From: Octopus bimaculoides
Taxonomy: Eukaryota
Direction: 5' to 3'
Length of the DNA: 64,000 nucleotides
Assembly: GCF_001194135.2 (NCBI RefSeq)
Contig: NC_068989.1
Span: 77,687,713-77,751,712 of the forward strand
The stretch's first letter is position 1. The number at the start of each line of letters is the position of its first letter. The position numbers and the translations under genes are program-made. Under the pieces are notes generated by a model, which was given only the letters and a program-made list of their open reading frames with translations, made no database searches and was not told where the DNA came from. Positions 1 to 12,599 of this stretch are shown piece after piece.

Positions 1-1754
1 GGAATCTAAGTTGTTCAACCCACTACTAGTACATATGAGAAAGAAGAAGAGAGAAAACAGGGAGAGAGAGATACACCATATGTCATTTTAGTATTAGCAT
101 GCAGAGCGTACATAATGATGTAATATTACTGACATTTCCATATTGATGTTATCATATAGAGAGCTGGAAAAAGAAGAATATATGGCAGTGTGATATACAT
201 CATCATGCTTATAAAAGGAAAACATGACGTTATAAATACTATCCATATAATTACTCATTGTTCTTTACAATATAAACTCGTTATTCAATCAATCTATAAT
301 CGTAATCGTATGTACACATTCCAGGCAGTACATTTTGTCCTTGCTGTCATTTGCATTTTCATACCACTTCCTTTGACTACAAAGTAAACACTTATCCAGA
401 AACGTACACAATTATATCGGTAAAAAAAATATATACCCGAGAATAATTGATGAATTCGATTCGGTCGGAGATGTACGTTGCATCGAGGTTTTTTCATTTT
501 AATTTCTTTTCTTTTGTATATTTCCGTATTTATTCATCGAAGACTTCATTCTTAAAACAATGCTGGATTCTTACTTGAGGATTCTAATGTTTACATTACA
601 TTAATTTTGTATTTTATATATTTCTTTTGTCGTTAAAACAAAAACCGAGTACAATTCTGCAATTTCAATATTGGTTTCTTGCAATGCCTATTGTGTATTT
701 TCTGTTCTTCTTTCATCCGCTTTGTTTTTTCCTATTACTGTTTTTCTGAAGTATGCGGTAGCAATGGGGTGCTTTTACTTACATGTTTGTGTATATTTTC
801 CCCTCAGAGCAGAAGGAGAACATAAACTCATTTTATACAAATTAATTTCGAATCCGATATAGAATTCGACAAGCCGCTCAAACGTAGTAAAAATCTCCAA
901 AACAATAGATCTTTTCACGGAAAAAAAATGCAAAAAAAGTAATACAATCTTTTTACAGACACACACAAATATACACACATATACACACACACACACACGC
1001 ACACACACATACACATACACAAAAACACACACACAAATGTATACATCTGTATAGATCTGTATACATACAAGTAATTATGTATATGTGTGCATTTTACGTC
1101 TAAGGTACTATAGAATAAAAAAGAGCCCCACAATGTATACATGTATATATATATATATATNNNNNNNNNNNNNNNNNNNNNNNNNNNNNNNNNNNNNNNN
1201 NNNNNNNNNNNNNNNNNNNNNNNNNNNNNNNNNNNNNNNNNNNNNNNNNNNNNNNNNNNNNNNNNNNNNNNNNNNNNNNNNNNNNNNNNNNNNNNNNNNN
1301 NNNNNNNNNNNNNNNNNNNNNNNNNNNNNNNNNNNNNNNNNNNNNNNNNNNNNNNNNNNNNNNNNNNNNNNNNNNNNNNNNNNNNNNNNNNNNNNATATA
1401 TATATATATAATATTTTTATCTACAGCAAAGTTTATTGGGATAGATAATAAAACCATCTAGAATAAAAGTTAAAAAAGACAACGTATGAATACAAATGTA
1501 AAATAACAACAATGGCAAACGACAAAAGCTATAAAATCATTTCTATCCAAGACGATGTATAAAATAGAAGCGATGGCGTGCTGAACAAAATGCGTTGTGA
1601 TATTCACTACAGACTCTCTACAGAGTGTATTCAGATATTATTAGGGTTTAAATAGCAGCAAAAAATCAACAATACCATATATGGAAATTTTAAAACTCAA
1701 TCAATATTTGTTTCCATTAATCGATTTGTGAGCTTACTTATATATTGATTTCAA

Positions 1755-1877
1755 ATTTTGACACAAGGCCAGCTATTTTGGGTCAGCAATTTTAATTCGA
1801 TTACATCGATCCCAGTGCTCAGCTGGTACTTATTCTATCGACCTCGAACGGTTGAGCGTCAAAGTCATCCTCGAATA
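1755..1877 (-). mobile_element. SINE family A, 3' half, degenerate
   Basis: Reverse complement matches the family A tail (GAGGTCGATAGAATAAGTACCAGCTGAGCACTGGGATCGATGTAATCGA). Confidence 0.7.
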
Positions 1878-2069
1878 GCTGGGAAACATATGTAGCCTGA
1901 ACTTAACCTGCTCCACTCCCTTGATGTGGGATTTTATTCGCATTCATAGCGACTTGAGTTGCTAACATCGCCAATAGCTTATTATTGTTCTTGAATGTTG
2001 TATTTTTATACCCACCACTAACTGATCGAAGCTTACAAACTTCCTACACTTAGATTCTTGGACCTTATA

Positions 2070-2072
<3 letters not shown>

Positions 2073-2156
<84 letters not shown>

Positions 2157-2172
2157 ACACACACACACACAC
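2073..2172. repeat. (CA)n microsatellite
   Basis: About 50 near-perfect CA units. Confidence 0.95.
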
Positions 2173-2479
2173 CCATATATATATATAATTAGAAAATGAG
2201 ATGACAAAGGCATAAACGATCATCTTTTGTACTTCAGCAGCTTACAACTGTTTCTGTTATAAGATATATTGGACACATAGTTGAATTGTCTGAATAACAC
2301 CTTATAGCTTCATTGAAGCCTCCAAATAGATGTCATTCTATATTCAAGGCTCCGATAAATCTATGAAGTTCCATGTAAGCACTCAACAATGGATCCGTTG
2401 CATCTTACAGCAGAAGCAGGCGTAAGCAAATGAATTTCATAAGAATCCTTTATTCCTTTGTCATCTCATTTTTTTATTG

Positions 2480-2802
2480 CTGCTCTCGTCTAATACTTCG
2501 TTCTGAAGCAAACATATTTTGATTTGTACACCAGTTTGTTAGTCTCAGTATGCTTAAGCGAAATATATTTATTTATATTGGAAGCCTCCAGTCATCTCAT
2601 AATGTTGGACCGTTGAACTCCGCAAACTTTTTCTCTCTCTGTTTTTTTTTTATTATTCTATATCCATTTTCCCCTCTTAATCCTCTCTGTCGAAGAGCGT
2701 AGGCTCGAAACGTAAAAGACTTTTATTTTTCCCGTTCGTTAAACTGATACTCCTGCCTATTGTTCCCTCACCTGTCTTCGTATTTTGTTTTCTGTAAATT
2801 TG

Positions 2803-2808
<6 letters not shown>
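2480..2808 (+). mobile_element. Penelope-like element 3' end / pLTR remnant (family C)
   Basis: Shares GAAGAGCGTAGGCTCGAAACGT(A/C)AAAGACTTT and the downstream pyrimidine-rich tract with 7850-8010 and 12600-12855; ends at (TA)n. PLE assignment is inferred from the hammerhead-like motif. Confidence 0.6.
2682..2720 (+). ncRNA. Minimal type I hammerhead-like motif, variant core CUGUCGA (family C copy 1)
   Basis: CTGTCGA-A-GAGC(GTAG)GCTC-GAAA-CGT-A-AAAGAC: 4-bp stem II, palindromic ACGT stem III, GUA triplet. Stem I pairs poorly in this copy. Confidence 0.55.
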
Positions 2809-2852
<44 letters not shown>

Positions 2853-3080
2853 GTATTTATATATATTCACATGTATGTGTGCGCATGTTTGTATGCGTTA
2901 ATACATGTAGATATCTACAGATCTCTCTCACTTTCTCTCTCTCTCATGTGTGTATATTAATATATATACATATATAACTGCGTTTGTGTAAGTATATATA
3001 CATACGCGCACACATATGCACACGCACACATGCACACACAAAGATGCACACACACACCTACACACACATACTCACACTCA

Positions 3081-3153
3081 AACGCAGTGGGTCCGAACCC
3101 AGAACCATGTGGTTCGTAAGTAAGCTACTTACCACACAGCCACTCCTACGCCT
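3081..3153 (-). mobile_element. SINE family B, tRNA-derived head only
   Basis: Reverse complement GGCGTAGGAGTGGCTGTGTGGTAAGTAGCTTACTTACGAACCACATGGTTCTGGGTTCGGACCCACTGCG has A- and B-box-like motifs. Confidence 0.8.
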
Positions 3154-5010
3154 AGATATGGTTGAAATCTCTGCTGACTGGTATTGCTGGAAATGTGAAC
3201 ATGCACGGGCAATATTATTAATAGATCCGATGAATACAGGTATTCTATATCTGTAGAACTTTCCTATAATTTAAACTCATTTTATAAAGCCTTCCTGAAG
3301 AGCTCGGGTACATATCTATAATCTTACAATATAGAAATTAATTACCAATAATAAAATTTATAGATTATATTTTGGTAACCTTGCGTAGGATGATACTGTT
3401 AATACATATACCGCATCATACTTAAGCTATTTTTGCCTACCTTTAATTCTAATGACAGACGTATCGATGACTTATTTTATGCAATTTATATATTATGGAA
3501 TTCAGTTTAATAACTTTATATTACTTGTCAAGGTGATATCTTCATTACATTTGCTTCGTCGTCCGTAGTTATACACGCTCTAATACTTTTAAATCGTTAT
3601 GTTCCTATGAATTATTTTAACATTTATTACCACCTTTATAATTCTGTATAATTCTCACAGATTCTCGTAACATTTTCTTAAAATTCTCTGTAATTTCAAA
3701 TTAATATAGTATTAACTTAATCTATCCTTTCAACCTTTATTAAATAACATATATTTATAGACTTAGGCCTTTATGGTGACACAGATTGTTGCATAAGTTT
3801 CATTAGTTTCGTATACATGTTTACTTGGTTCTGCCAAAGCTGTCTTCCTGTCACTGTCCAACCTCTTCCCCTCTTTTTCTCTTCCTCTCCAATGAAATTT
3901 CTCGGTGACCTTCCTTATTGTCTGAGGTTTCTCTTAAATTTCTTTACTCTGAATTATAATTAGCTGGACCTGTATTAAGTAATGCTAATATTCTATTAGC
4001 TCTGGAATAATTATTCGGCATACTTTAATGAATGAAAACGAATTTTTAAAAAAACACGAAATTTATGATCCATGTCATATTCCTTAATGCACTAAACAAT
4101 ATGGCACACTACATGACATTTTTAGAGCCACATCAGCGACTGTCTTAAAATATGCTATGATAGGATCGTTTGTTGTTTGCTGCCTGCTATCCGCTGGCAG
4201 AGAAACGATTTGCCCTAACCAGCTCTTATGAACGGGGTTGCTAAGTTTAATGATATCTTAAGAATAAAAATACCTTTCAACTATTCTGTAACTTACAACC
4301 ATCAATTACTACCCACGCTCGTTAAAATCATGAAGGTAGTGATAGTAAGTATTATTTCACTAGTAATATTAAGATAGTAATTCAAATTACAAATAGAAAT
4401 ACGTAATATTTAAGTATTACGTTCAGCATTTCCTTCAGATATTCTGAATATTACTGAAGACATTTCGGATTTTGACTTCACATAAGTAAATGGAATGAAA
4501 AATACATTTGATAGAAGTTCTTTAATGTCAAACACTGCACTGGTAATTCTAATTTTGATAAAGTAAACGTATTCTTGGCATATAGGTATGCATTGCTACA
4601 TGTGCATCTACTTGCTGATAATGCAGACAGACACAACGAACTGGAAGTATGGAATCAATACCGGAACCAGTATGAATACTATGATTCGTTTACTCGAAAT
4701 TAAAATGTCTAAATCTAGCAGTCTCTACTAACAAAATTATGTCTGTTTCTTCAGTCAGATATTTTGGTTAGAAAAAAAAAAAAAACATTTTCTGATCAAA
4801 ATGGGTGGCCATCAAAATGAACTCAGATTTATTGAAACTCCAAGTTTAAGCCACTTCAGTTCCGTTGGCAAAGCTATACTTACACGCGTGCATACATACA
4901 TACATGCATACATACAAACATACATACATACATACATACATGCCTGCATGCATAAATGCATACATACAGGCAGACACATATCGTGTGTATGGATTAATGT
5001 GTGTGTGAGT

Positions 5011-5057
<47 letters not shown>

Positions 5058-5072
5058 CACATATATGTATAC

Positions 5073-6020
5073 ACACACTCACTCTGATCGTTATGATAAA
5101 AAGAGAACTGAATTTGCTGGTGAGATCGAGGCCATGATTGACAACAATCCCTCCATGTCAATCAGGTCTATTGCCAGGAACATGAGAGTGTCTGAGTTTC
5201 TTATCAGGCAGGTAGTGCATGAAGGCATTTGGTATTCCTCATACAAAATTAGAAAGGGACGATTTTTATCCCAAGCTAAGAAACTTTTGAACAAACTTAA
5301 GTATCTCCTCCAACCGAACCTGTTTTGTTTTTTTTTTTTCTTTTCAGACGAGAAAAGATTTGCTAGGATCAGATGGTGAACACTCAGAACAACCGTTGAC
5401 TTGCCGTGTCCCGAAAACATAGACCGAGAGTGATAAAAATCCACTCAACATTATGGTGTTTGGAGTGATCACTAATGATGGCAACGTTATGCCTCCATTC
5501 ATCAACCCACACGTTCTCAGACTCAACACGGAGGCTTACATCAAGTGCCTGGAGAAGGTAGTGCTGTCCTGGTTCAAGAGGGTGGCTGCTGGAACGCCCT
5601 ATGTTTGGCAACAGGACTCTGCACCATTCCACACAATCAGGAGAACCCAGTCGTTGCTGTCAGACAATTTCTGCTACCATATAACCATTACCACCTGGCC
5701 ACCTAACTCATCAGACTGAAATCCCTTTGATTATTATGTGAGTCTCAGTTGACCAAGAGACCAACAAAACTCCTTGTAACACAAAAGATGAACTGAAGGC
5801 AAAGATTATGGCAGCATTCACTGAAATTGAACAAGAAGACCATCCAAAGATTTGCAGGAGAATCCGAAGTCGTCTGAAGGCCGTGATGGCAATTTTATTG
5901 AATAAATTTACTCTTTAATATTTCAAGATATTTTGATAAATATATCTGTTAAAATGAGGAGTCAGTGTTATTTTCCTTTTTGCGTAATTTAGACGACAAT
6001 ATATTTTAACGCACCCTGTA
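5073..6020 (+). mobile_element. Tc1/mariner DD37D (maT-type) transposon, 5'-truncated, frameshifted transposase
   Basis: Pieces SMSIRSIARNMRVSEFLIRQVVHE, FFSDEK, MVFGVITNDGNVMPPF, WQQDSAPFH...WPPNSSD*NPFD with 37 residues between the 2nd and 3rd catalytic D. Right end GCACCCTG followed by TA at 6019-6020. Confidence 0.92.
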
Positions 6021-7849
6021 CATATATATATATATATATATACATGCATACATAGTTTTTGTGTTTATATGCATACACACGTATATATAATTTGGCATGT
6101 ATATAATATGTACATTTGTGTATATGTTCTACGTTTATATCTCATCTATTTTCTCTATATATGTACATATTCATACATTAGTGTGTGGTCGCAATTGTTC
6201 CAGTCAACGGAGCTGCTGGTTTTATGACTGGAATTCTGACAGTTCTTAAATTATCATAGGCGTTTCGCTGTTTACATGTCAAAGATATACAGCTCTCAAT
6301 GGATCATTTCACATAATTGTAAACGCACTTCATCTGTTCTACGATTTCGTATAATTATACAGCGTGGCTGCAAAATGGCGGTAAGATTAAACTGTGAGTA
6401 TAGAGGCATCGTATGTTATACGCTGTATTACTTTGGCTGCTGAGATTGCATCATTAATTTGTGTCACTAACTAATACATAAATAACCATAATTATAAGAG
6501 TTGTAGTATTGGCGGAATTAGTCCATCGCCTAATTTAACACTACCATCAGGCCATTTGATGCCTTTTGTTCATTCCAATCTTTCAGAGCAATCAGGTTAG
6601 ATCTCTGATTTGTTTATAATTTCCTCCAACACCAGTCTCGGGAGCAATGAAGAGTGGCATAAACTTGGTTCCATTTTGTTTTACTAACTTATCGAAAATA
6701 AATATCCAACAGACAGCAGGAATCATCTATATTTAGATACATGGTTTTTGTGGATCAGTCCGTATCAACTGCTATATACAACTTCAATATACACTGCAAT
6801 ATATCAACTGCAATATACACGTAGAGCGATGTTGATTTTGTAGCCACATCTATAAAATACGTTCAACTCATTACTGTGTATTTGCGCAACAACCGACATT
6901 CTAGACTCGGTAAAGTTACCGATTGTACTTCCTCCGTTTATAATCGCATCAAATATTGAAGTATTTCAAGTACATATTCATCACATTTGTGAACAGATCA
7001 ATCCACGAAAGATTATTTACCTTTGTATTCATATATCAATATATGTGATGTGTTGCTTAGAGTTGTATTATAACAATTATTCAATTTTTATAATAGCTTA
7101 GTCAAAGTAGAACGGAGAATCACGGTGACAAATGTCATGGCCGGCGAGATTGTCGGGATGATGTTATATCCTAATCGGATATTTGGTCCGCCTTCTTGTA
7201 ACGAAAGACACTGAAAGGACTGGTGGTTGCTTTAAACCAGATCAGATCTACTAGGGTATTACATAAAGTAATTCACGGAACTGATACTACAAATATTCTC
7301 GACATTGTATCAATGTTAAAAACCACTGATACATTACAAAAGTAGATTGAAATAATGAATAAATTAGCAAGAAAATATGCATCAGTTTCTGAGTATAAAT
7401 CGCAATGACATCTAATTTCCATTTTCATTCTATGTTGTTGAATAAAATAAGCAGCGCTTAAAAAGTAGGTAAATTTAATGCGGTGTATTTATGTGAAACA
7501 TGAGTATTTGTTACGGCAATAAAATTACAATTTTCCCAACAATTAGATTTTATTTGTTTTCTTATAAAAGAGACAAAAAAAAAATTTGGAATATATGCGA
7601 CGTTTCCTTCTGTGTGGTTTCAGATCGTCCACGTGGGTTTCCCCCAAACTCTGGCGTATTTTATACATTACTCATTTAGACATCAATAAAAAATGTCACT
7701 CCCACTAAACTCGTTGAGTGCCTTTGCTGTGGTTTTTCCACTCACTCATATGTGTGTGTGTGTGCTTCCGCGCGTGTGTGTTTGTGAACGTATGCATGTA
7801 TTTCGGTATGTGAGATCGTTAATCCAGACAATATTTTACCTCTCTTGTT

Positions 7850-8010
7850 TTTTTTTTTCTCTCTCCATTTTCGTTACTCATTGTTCTTTGTCGAAGAGCG
7901 TAGGCTGGAAACGTCAAAGACTTTTCCATTTTTCTAGAGCGTCAAATTAATATATCGTCTTTGTTATTCCCTCGCATGCCTCTGTCTTTTATTTTTTGAG
8001 CAGTTTTACC
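7850..8010 (+). mobile_element. PLE-type pLTR remnant (family C copy 2) with hammerhead-like motif at 7883-7920
   Basis: TTGTCGA-A-GAGC(GTAG)GCTG-GAAA-CGT-C-AAAGAC, homologous to 2682 and 12716; followed by (TA)n and a gap. Confidence 0.6.
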
Positions 8011-8727
8011 ATGCACATATATATATATATATATATATATANNNNNNNNNNNNNNNNNNNNNNNNNNNNNNNNNNNNNNNNNNNNNNNNNNNNNNNNNNN
8101 NNNNNNNNNNNNNNNNNNNNNNNNNNNNNNNNNNNNNNNNNNNNNNNNNNNNNNNNNNNNNNNNNNNNNNNNNNNNNNNNNNNNNNNNNNNNNNNNNNNN
8201 NNNNNNNNNNNNNNNNNNNNNNNNNNNNNNNNNNNNNNNNNNNNNNNNNNNNNNNNNNNNNNNNNNNNNNNNNNNNNNNNNNNNNNNNNNNNNNNNNNNN
8301 NNNNNNNNNNNNNNNNNNNNNNNNNNNNNNNNNNNNNNNNNNNNNNNNNNNNNNNNNNNNNNNNNNNNNNNNNNNNNNNNNNNNNNNNNNNNNNNNNNNN
8401 NNNNNNNNNNNNNNNNNNNNNNNNNNNNNNNNNNNNNNNNNNNNNNNNNNNNNNNNNNNNNNNNNNNNNNNNNNNNNNNNNNNNNNNNNNNNNNNNNNNN
8501 NNNNNNNNNNNNNNNNNNNNNNNNNNNNNNNNNNNNNNNNNNNNNNNNNNNNNNNNNNNNNNNNNNNNNNNNNNNNNNNNNNNNNNNNNNNNNNNNNNNN
8601 NNNNNNNNNNNNNNNNNNNNNNNNNNNNNNNNNNNNNNNNNNNNNNNNNNNNNNNNNNNNNNNNNNNNNNNNNNNNNNNNNNNNNNNNNNNNNNNNNNNN
8701 NNNNNNNNNNNNNNNNNNNNNNNNNNN

Positions 8728-8775
<48 letters not shown>

Positions 8776-9559
8776 AGACTTTTGCGTATCTAAATCTAAT
8801 ATTAATATTTCGGAAACATTTTCATCTAATTAACAACACCAACTCATCTCAGAAGTATAAACGTTTAATTACAATCATTGTTAACAGCGGTGGAAAAAAA
8901 AAATATATATCTTCTATAGATAACATGTATTTCTGCGTGAACCGAGGCCGACATAACAAGCGTAGTCGAGAAAGTTTTGGTTGATTATGAGTAACATTAT
9001 TTACGCGAAATATAGATACATTTACATAAATACCTCCATTAAGGAATATTTAGAATTTAATGCAAATCAATGAAATTAAAATCAGTCATTTTAGTAGTAA
9101 ATTTGGCATCCAGATTCTAAAATCTGCAGACAGAATTCCTAAAAAACGATCGACTACTGTAGCATAATAGTTAAAAGATTGCATGTTAGAGACGAATGAA
9201 GCAACTGAAAACATGTGTACATATGTAAATGTACTCACTTATGAACAATTACACAGTTATATAGGCATACATACGTACATGCACTTGTATTCACATACGA
9301 ACACTCATAAATATAGATTCAGAAAGGTAATACATATAATTATGTATATATCCACATTTGCCATATACATATAAATATGCATGCATAGACATGTGCGTTG
9401 CTGTGTCTGTTTTTGTGTGCACGCACGCGCACACACACACACACACATACACATACACACACACACATTCTATATATATTTATATGCACATATTTCTCTC
9501 CTCCCTTTCCATATGTATGTATTTGCATATACATGTGTGTGTGTATGTACTATCAGTCT

Positions 9560-9575
9560 TTCTATCTATCTATCC

Positions 9576-9647
<72 letters not shown>
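9560..9647. repeat. (TATC)n microsatellite
   Basis: Direct inspection; runs into a gap. Confidence 0.95.
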
Positions 9648-9902
9648 NNNNNNNNNNNNNNNNNNNNNNNNNNNNNNNNNNNNNNNNNNNNNNNNNNNNN
9701 NNNNNNNNNNNNNNNNNNNNNNNNNNNNNNNNNNNNNNNNNNNNNNNNNNNNNNNNNNNNNNNNNNNNNNNNNNNNNNNNNNNNNNNNNNNNNNNNNNNN
9801 NNNNNNNNNNNNNNNNNNNNNNNNNNNNNNNNNNNNNNNNNNNNNNNNNNNNNNNNNNNNNNNNNNNNNNNNNNNNNNNNNNNNNNNNNNNNNNNNNNNN
9901 NN

Positions 9903-9948
<46 letters not shown>

Positions 9949-10009
9949 GTGTGTGTGTGTACATAAATATCTCTCTCTCTCCTCTCTCTCTCCTCACTCT
10001 CTCTCTCTC

Positions 10010-10048
10010 TATAAGTACCTCTATCACATAGTGATAGAGGTACTTATA
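10010..10048. repeat. Perfect 18-bp inverted repeat with 3-nt loop
   Basis: TATAAGTACCTCTATCAC-ATA-GTGATAGAGGTACTTATA. Confidence 0.95.
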
Positions 10049-10702
10049 AATATTAAAATAATATGCATGTGCACGTGCACATGGTGGAGATAAGAATATT
10101 TGCTAGTGTGCACGGTGTGTGCCGCTTGCATATATGTAAGAACGTATGCATTTATGTATGCGTGTATGTATGTGGGAGTTTAAGTGTATGTCTGTATGAG
10201 TAAGTATTCGTGTAATTCTGTAGGTTCTCAAGTATTTGGAATTGTGAAATCACGTCACAAAATTTTGTCAGTCTGCATTACGTTCATTTCCAGCGCACAA
10301 TGTCTAAATAAGATTGTAATTCATCACGTACGTACTACGTTCTATCGATTATTTATATGCGGAATTTTCAGAGATGAAAGCATTAATTAACCTGAATTTA
10401 AGTACACTTTATATCATATAAGTATTTCGCTTAGACTAAAATATATGAGAAAAATTGTTTAGATAACAAATGCTCAAAATTCTTTGACAGCAATCACGTA
10501 GCGAGCACTGAATGTTCCAGAATGATATTGGCCTTAGGTAGTATTATTCTAAGTTTATTTCCTACATTCGAAATATAATATTCATTTATCCCCTGTGCAC
10601 TATATCTCCCTCTGTCAAACTGTTAGATATATTTCCAACCATTTAAAATTTCTTTCTCTTTCTACCACCCGTCCTCTCTCTGTACCTAGTTTTATATATT
10701 CC

Positions 10703-10900
10703 TTTCTATTATAGGTACAAGGCCTGAAATATTGGGGAGGGAGATATTCGATTACATCAACTCCAGTATTCAACTGGTACATTATTTACCGACCCTGAAA
10801 AGATGAAAGGCAAAGTCGACCTCGGTGGAATTTGAAGCGGCAGACGAAATACCGCTAAGCGTTCCGCCCGGCGTACTAGCGATTCTGCCAGCTGGCCGCC
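10703..10900 (-). mobile_element. SINE family A, near full length
   Basis: Reverse complement has head GGCGGCCAGCTGGCAGAATCGCTAG, B-box TTCAAATTCC, central CGAGGTCGACTTTGCCTTTCATC and tail AATGTACCAGTTGAATACTGG. Confidence 0.88.
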
Positions 10901-11499
10901 TGCCTCGTTTTATTTATTAATTTGGAAGGTCAAACCGTGTCATTAGTTGTAGAAATTATATATTTTTTGTTCAACCCTTTCTGAATTTGTAACCCTATAA
11001 ACTTATTTCAACTTCAGAAGCTCGAAAAATTGACAATCTCTTAATCATAATGAATTAACCGCTCCATCTAAACCTGGACATCAGTTATTATCCGTTGATT
11101 ATTTTGTAAATTTGCTTTCCATACAATTCTATTTACATGCGTTTGAACTTGCAACCTCTTAGATTCTATCCCTTGTTCTCGAGCCTTGTTATTCTGTTTA
11201 GAGCACTTGCTCTAGTATCTAGTCTTTTTGTCTGCGTGAGTCAATGGAGAGGAAGTTGAAAATTACCGGACACTGTGGGTGGAGAGTTGAAAATAAAAAG
11301 ATACAAATATAGTTTTAAAACTTAAAATTTGGAAAAAGAATATAAAAATCTATTGATATACTGTTTTATCAATTATATTTGTGCATAAGAGAATTAATAA
11401 AAAATAAAAGTAGCAAGTATTACAAAACACCCAAGCTGTAGTGGGTGTTCTGTAAAGCTTTACATTATAGTTATAAAGATCCACTTCGTACCTAGATGC

Positions 11500-12200
11500 A
11501 CTTTCGAGATACCCGTTTGAAAACAACTACCTCAGACTGACAAATTTACTTCTCCTCTGAAACAAGATATTCACTTCCTTTAATCTCTATTAGATGTTCT
11601 TTCTGCTCTTATCTATTTCTTGCATCCTCTCTAGCTCGCAAACATGCCCCGGCTGTGTCATAAACGCATAATGTATTCGTAGATTACATAGAAAACGTGA
11701 TGTATATAATCCAAAATATCTGGCAGATTGCCCCAATAAGACATCACATGCCTTCTCTTGATATTTCTTCCCATCACTTGTGCTTTTGTTGATATAACCA
11801 GAGTTCGTTCTCTTACAAACATTAACACCAACACATGCCAATTTGATATAACTATTTATTAATGTGTGGTGACATTGATTGTCAGAAGGGATTGGTAAAA
11901 AAGACGTCCTAGCTAATGACTAACAAAAATGTGCAAGTAGGTCAACGGCTAGGAATTCCCTCAGAAAAGTGTCTATGTATGTGGCTCACAATCATATAAC
12001 CTATGCTCCTCAAGTCTTTCAGAACCTATTCGCTGTGGCTGGTTATGCCCTTTATGCTGGTTAAATACTGCACTCATCAGTTTGCTCCTTTCTTGTCAAA
12101 CGTTATACTTTTCCCTGTAGCCTATGCTAAACTACGGGAAGATTAAACGTAGTGTATCATTTTGTCTAAAATAACCATTCAAAGTGAAACCTAGAACCAC
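11500..12200 (-). mobile_element. Probable highly decayed piggyBac transposase
   Basis: Minus-strand translation gives, in piggyBac order, VLGFTLNG, LREFLAVD..F..RTSF..PS (cf. RE.SVDE...F.GR.SF...P.K), C..TNSGYI....DGK and YTSRFLCNL. Similarity was judged by eye only. Confidence 0.45.
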
Positions 12201-12599
12201 TGCAATAGCTCTGATGACTTTATGCAAGCCGCATATAAGCAATATCCACATAAATTAGGACGTTAATATTCCTACTATGCTTACAAATACCATTAAGCTA
12301 CAACAATTAGGTCACCTCGTACTACTACTTTTATGGGTAATTTCTGTTGCTACTACAACGGGCGCTGCTCCTTTGAAATAAGAATCTGCTAATACCTACG
12401 CACTCCTTACCTTATATATTATATTGTGTCAGTCTTATAGTATATGACACCCAAAAGCTGCACGTCTAACTTGCCCAGTTACTCTCCCGCAGAAATGCTG
12501 CTCTCCATCATACTCATACCTTGCTATGGCTTGTGCATCGGAGGGAACTCTCAAGGTGCTTACGTGGTCATTTATGACCGAAGGGGGTTGCCATGATAG

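Noticed and set aside
10019-10039. Resemblance of the hairpin centre to the tet operator (CTCTATCA...TGATAGAG)
   Set aside because: The half-site spacing is wrong and there is no vector or bacterial context; treated as coincidence.
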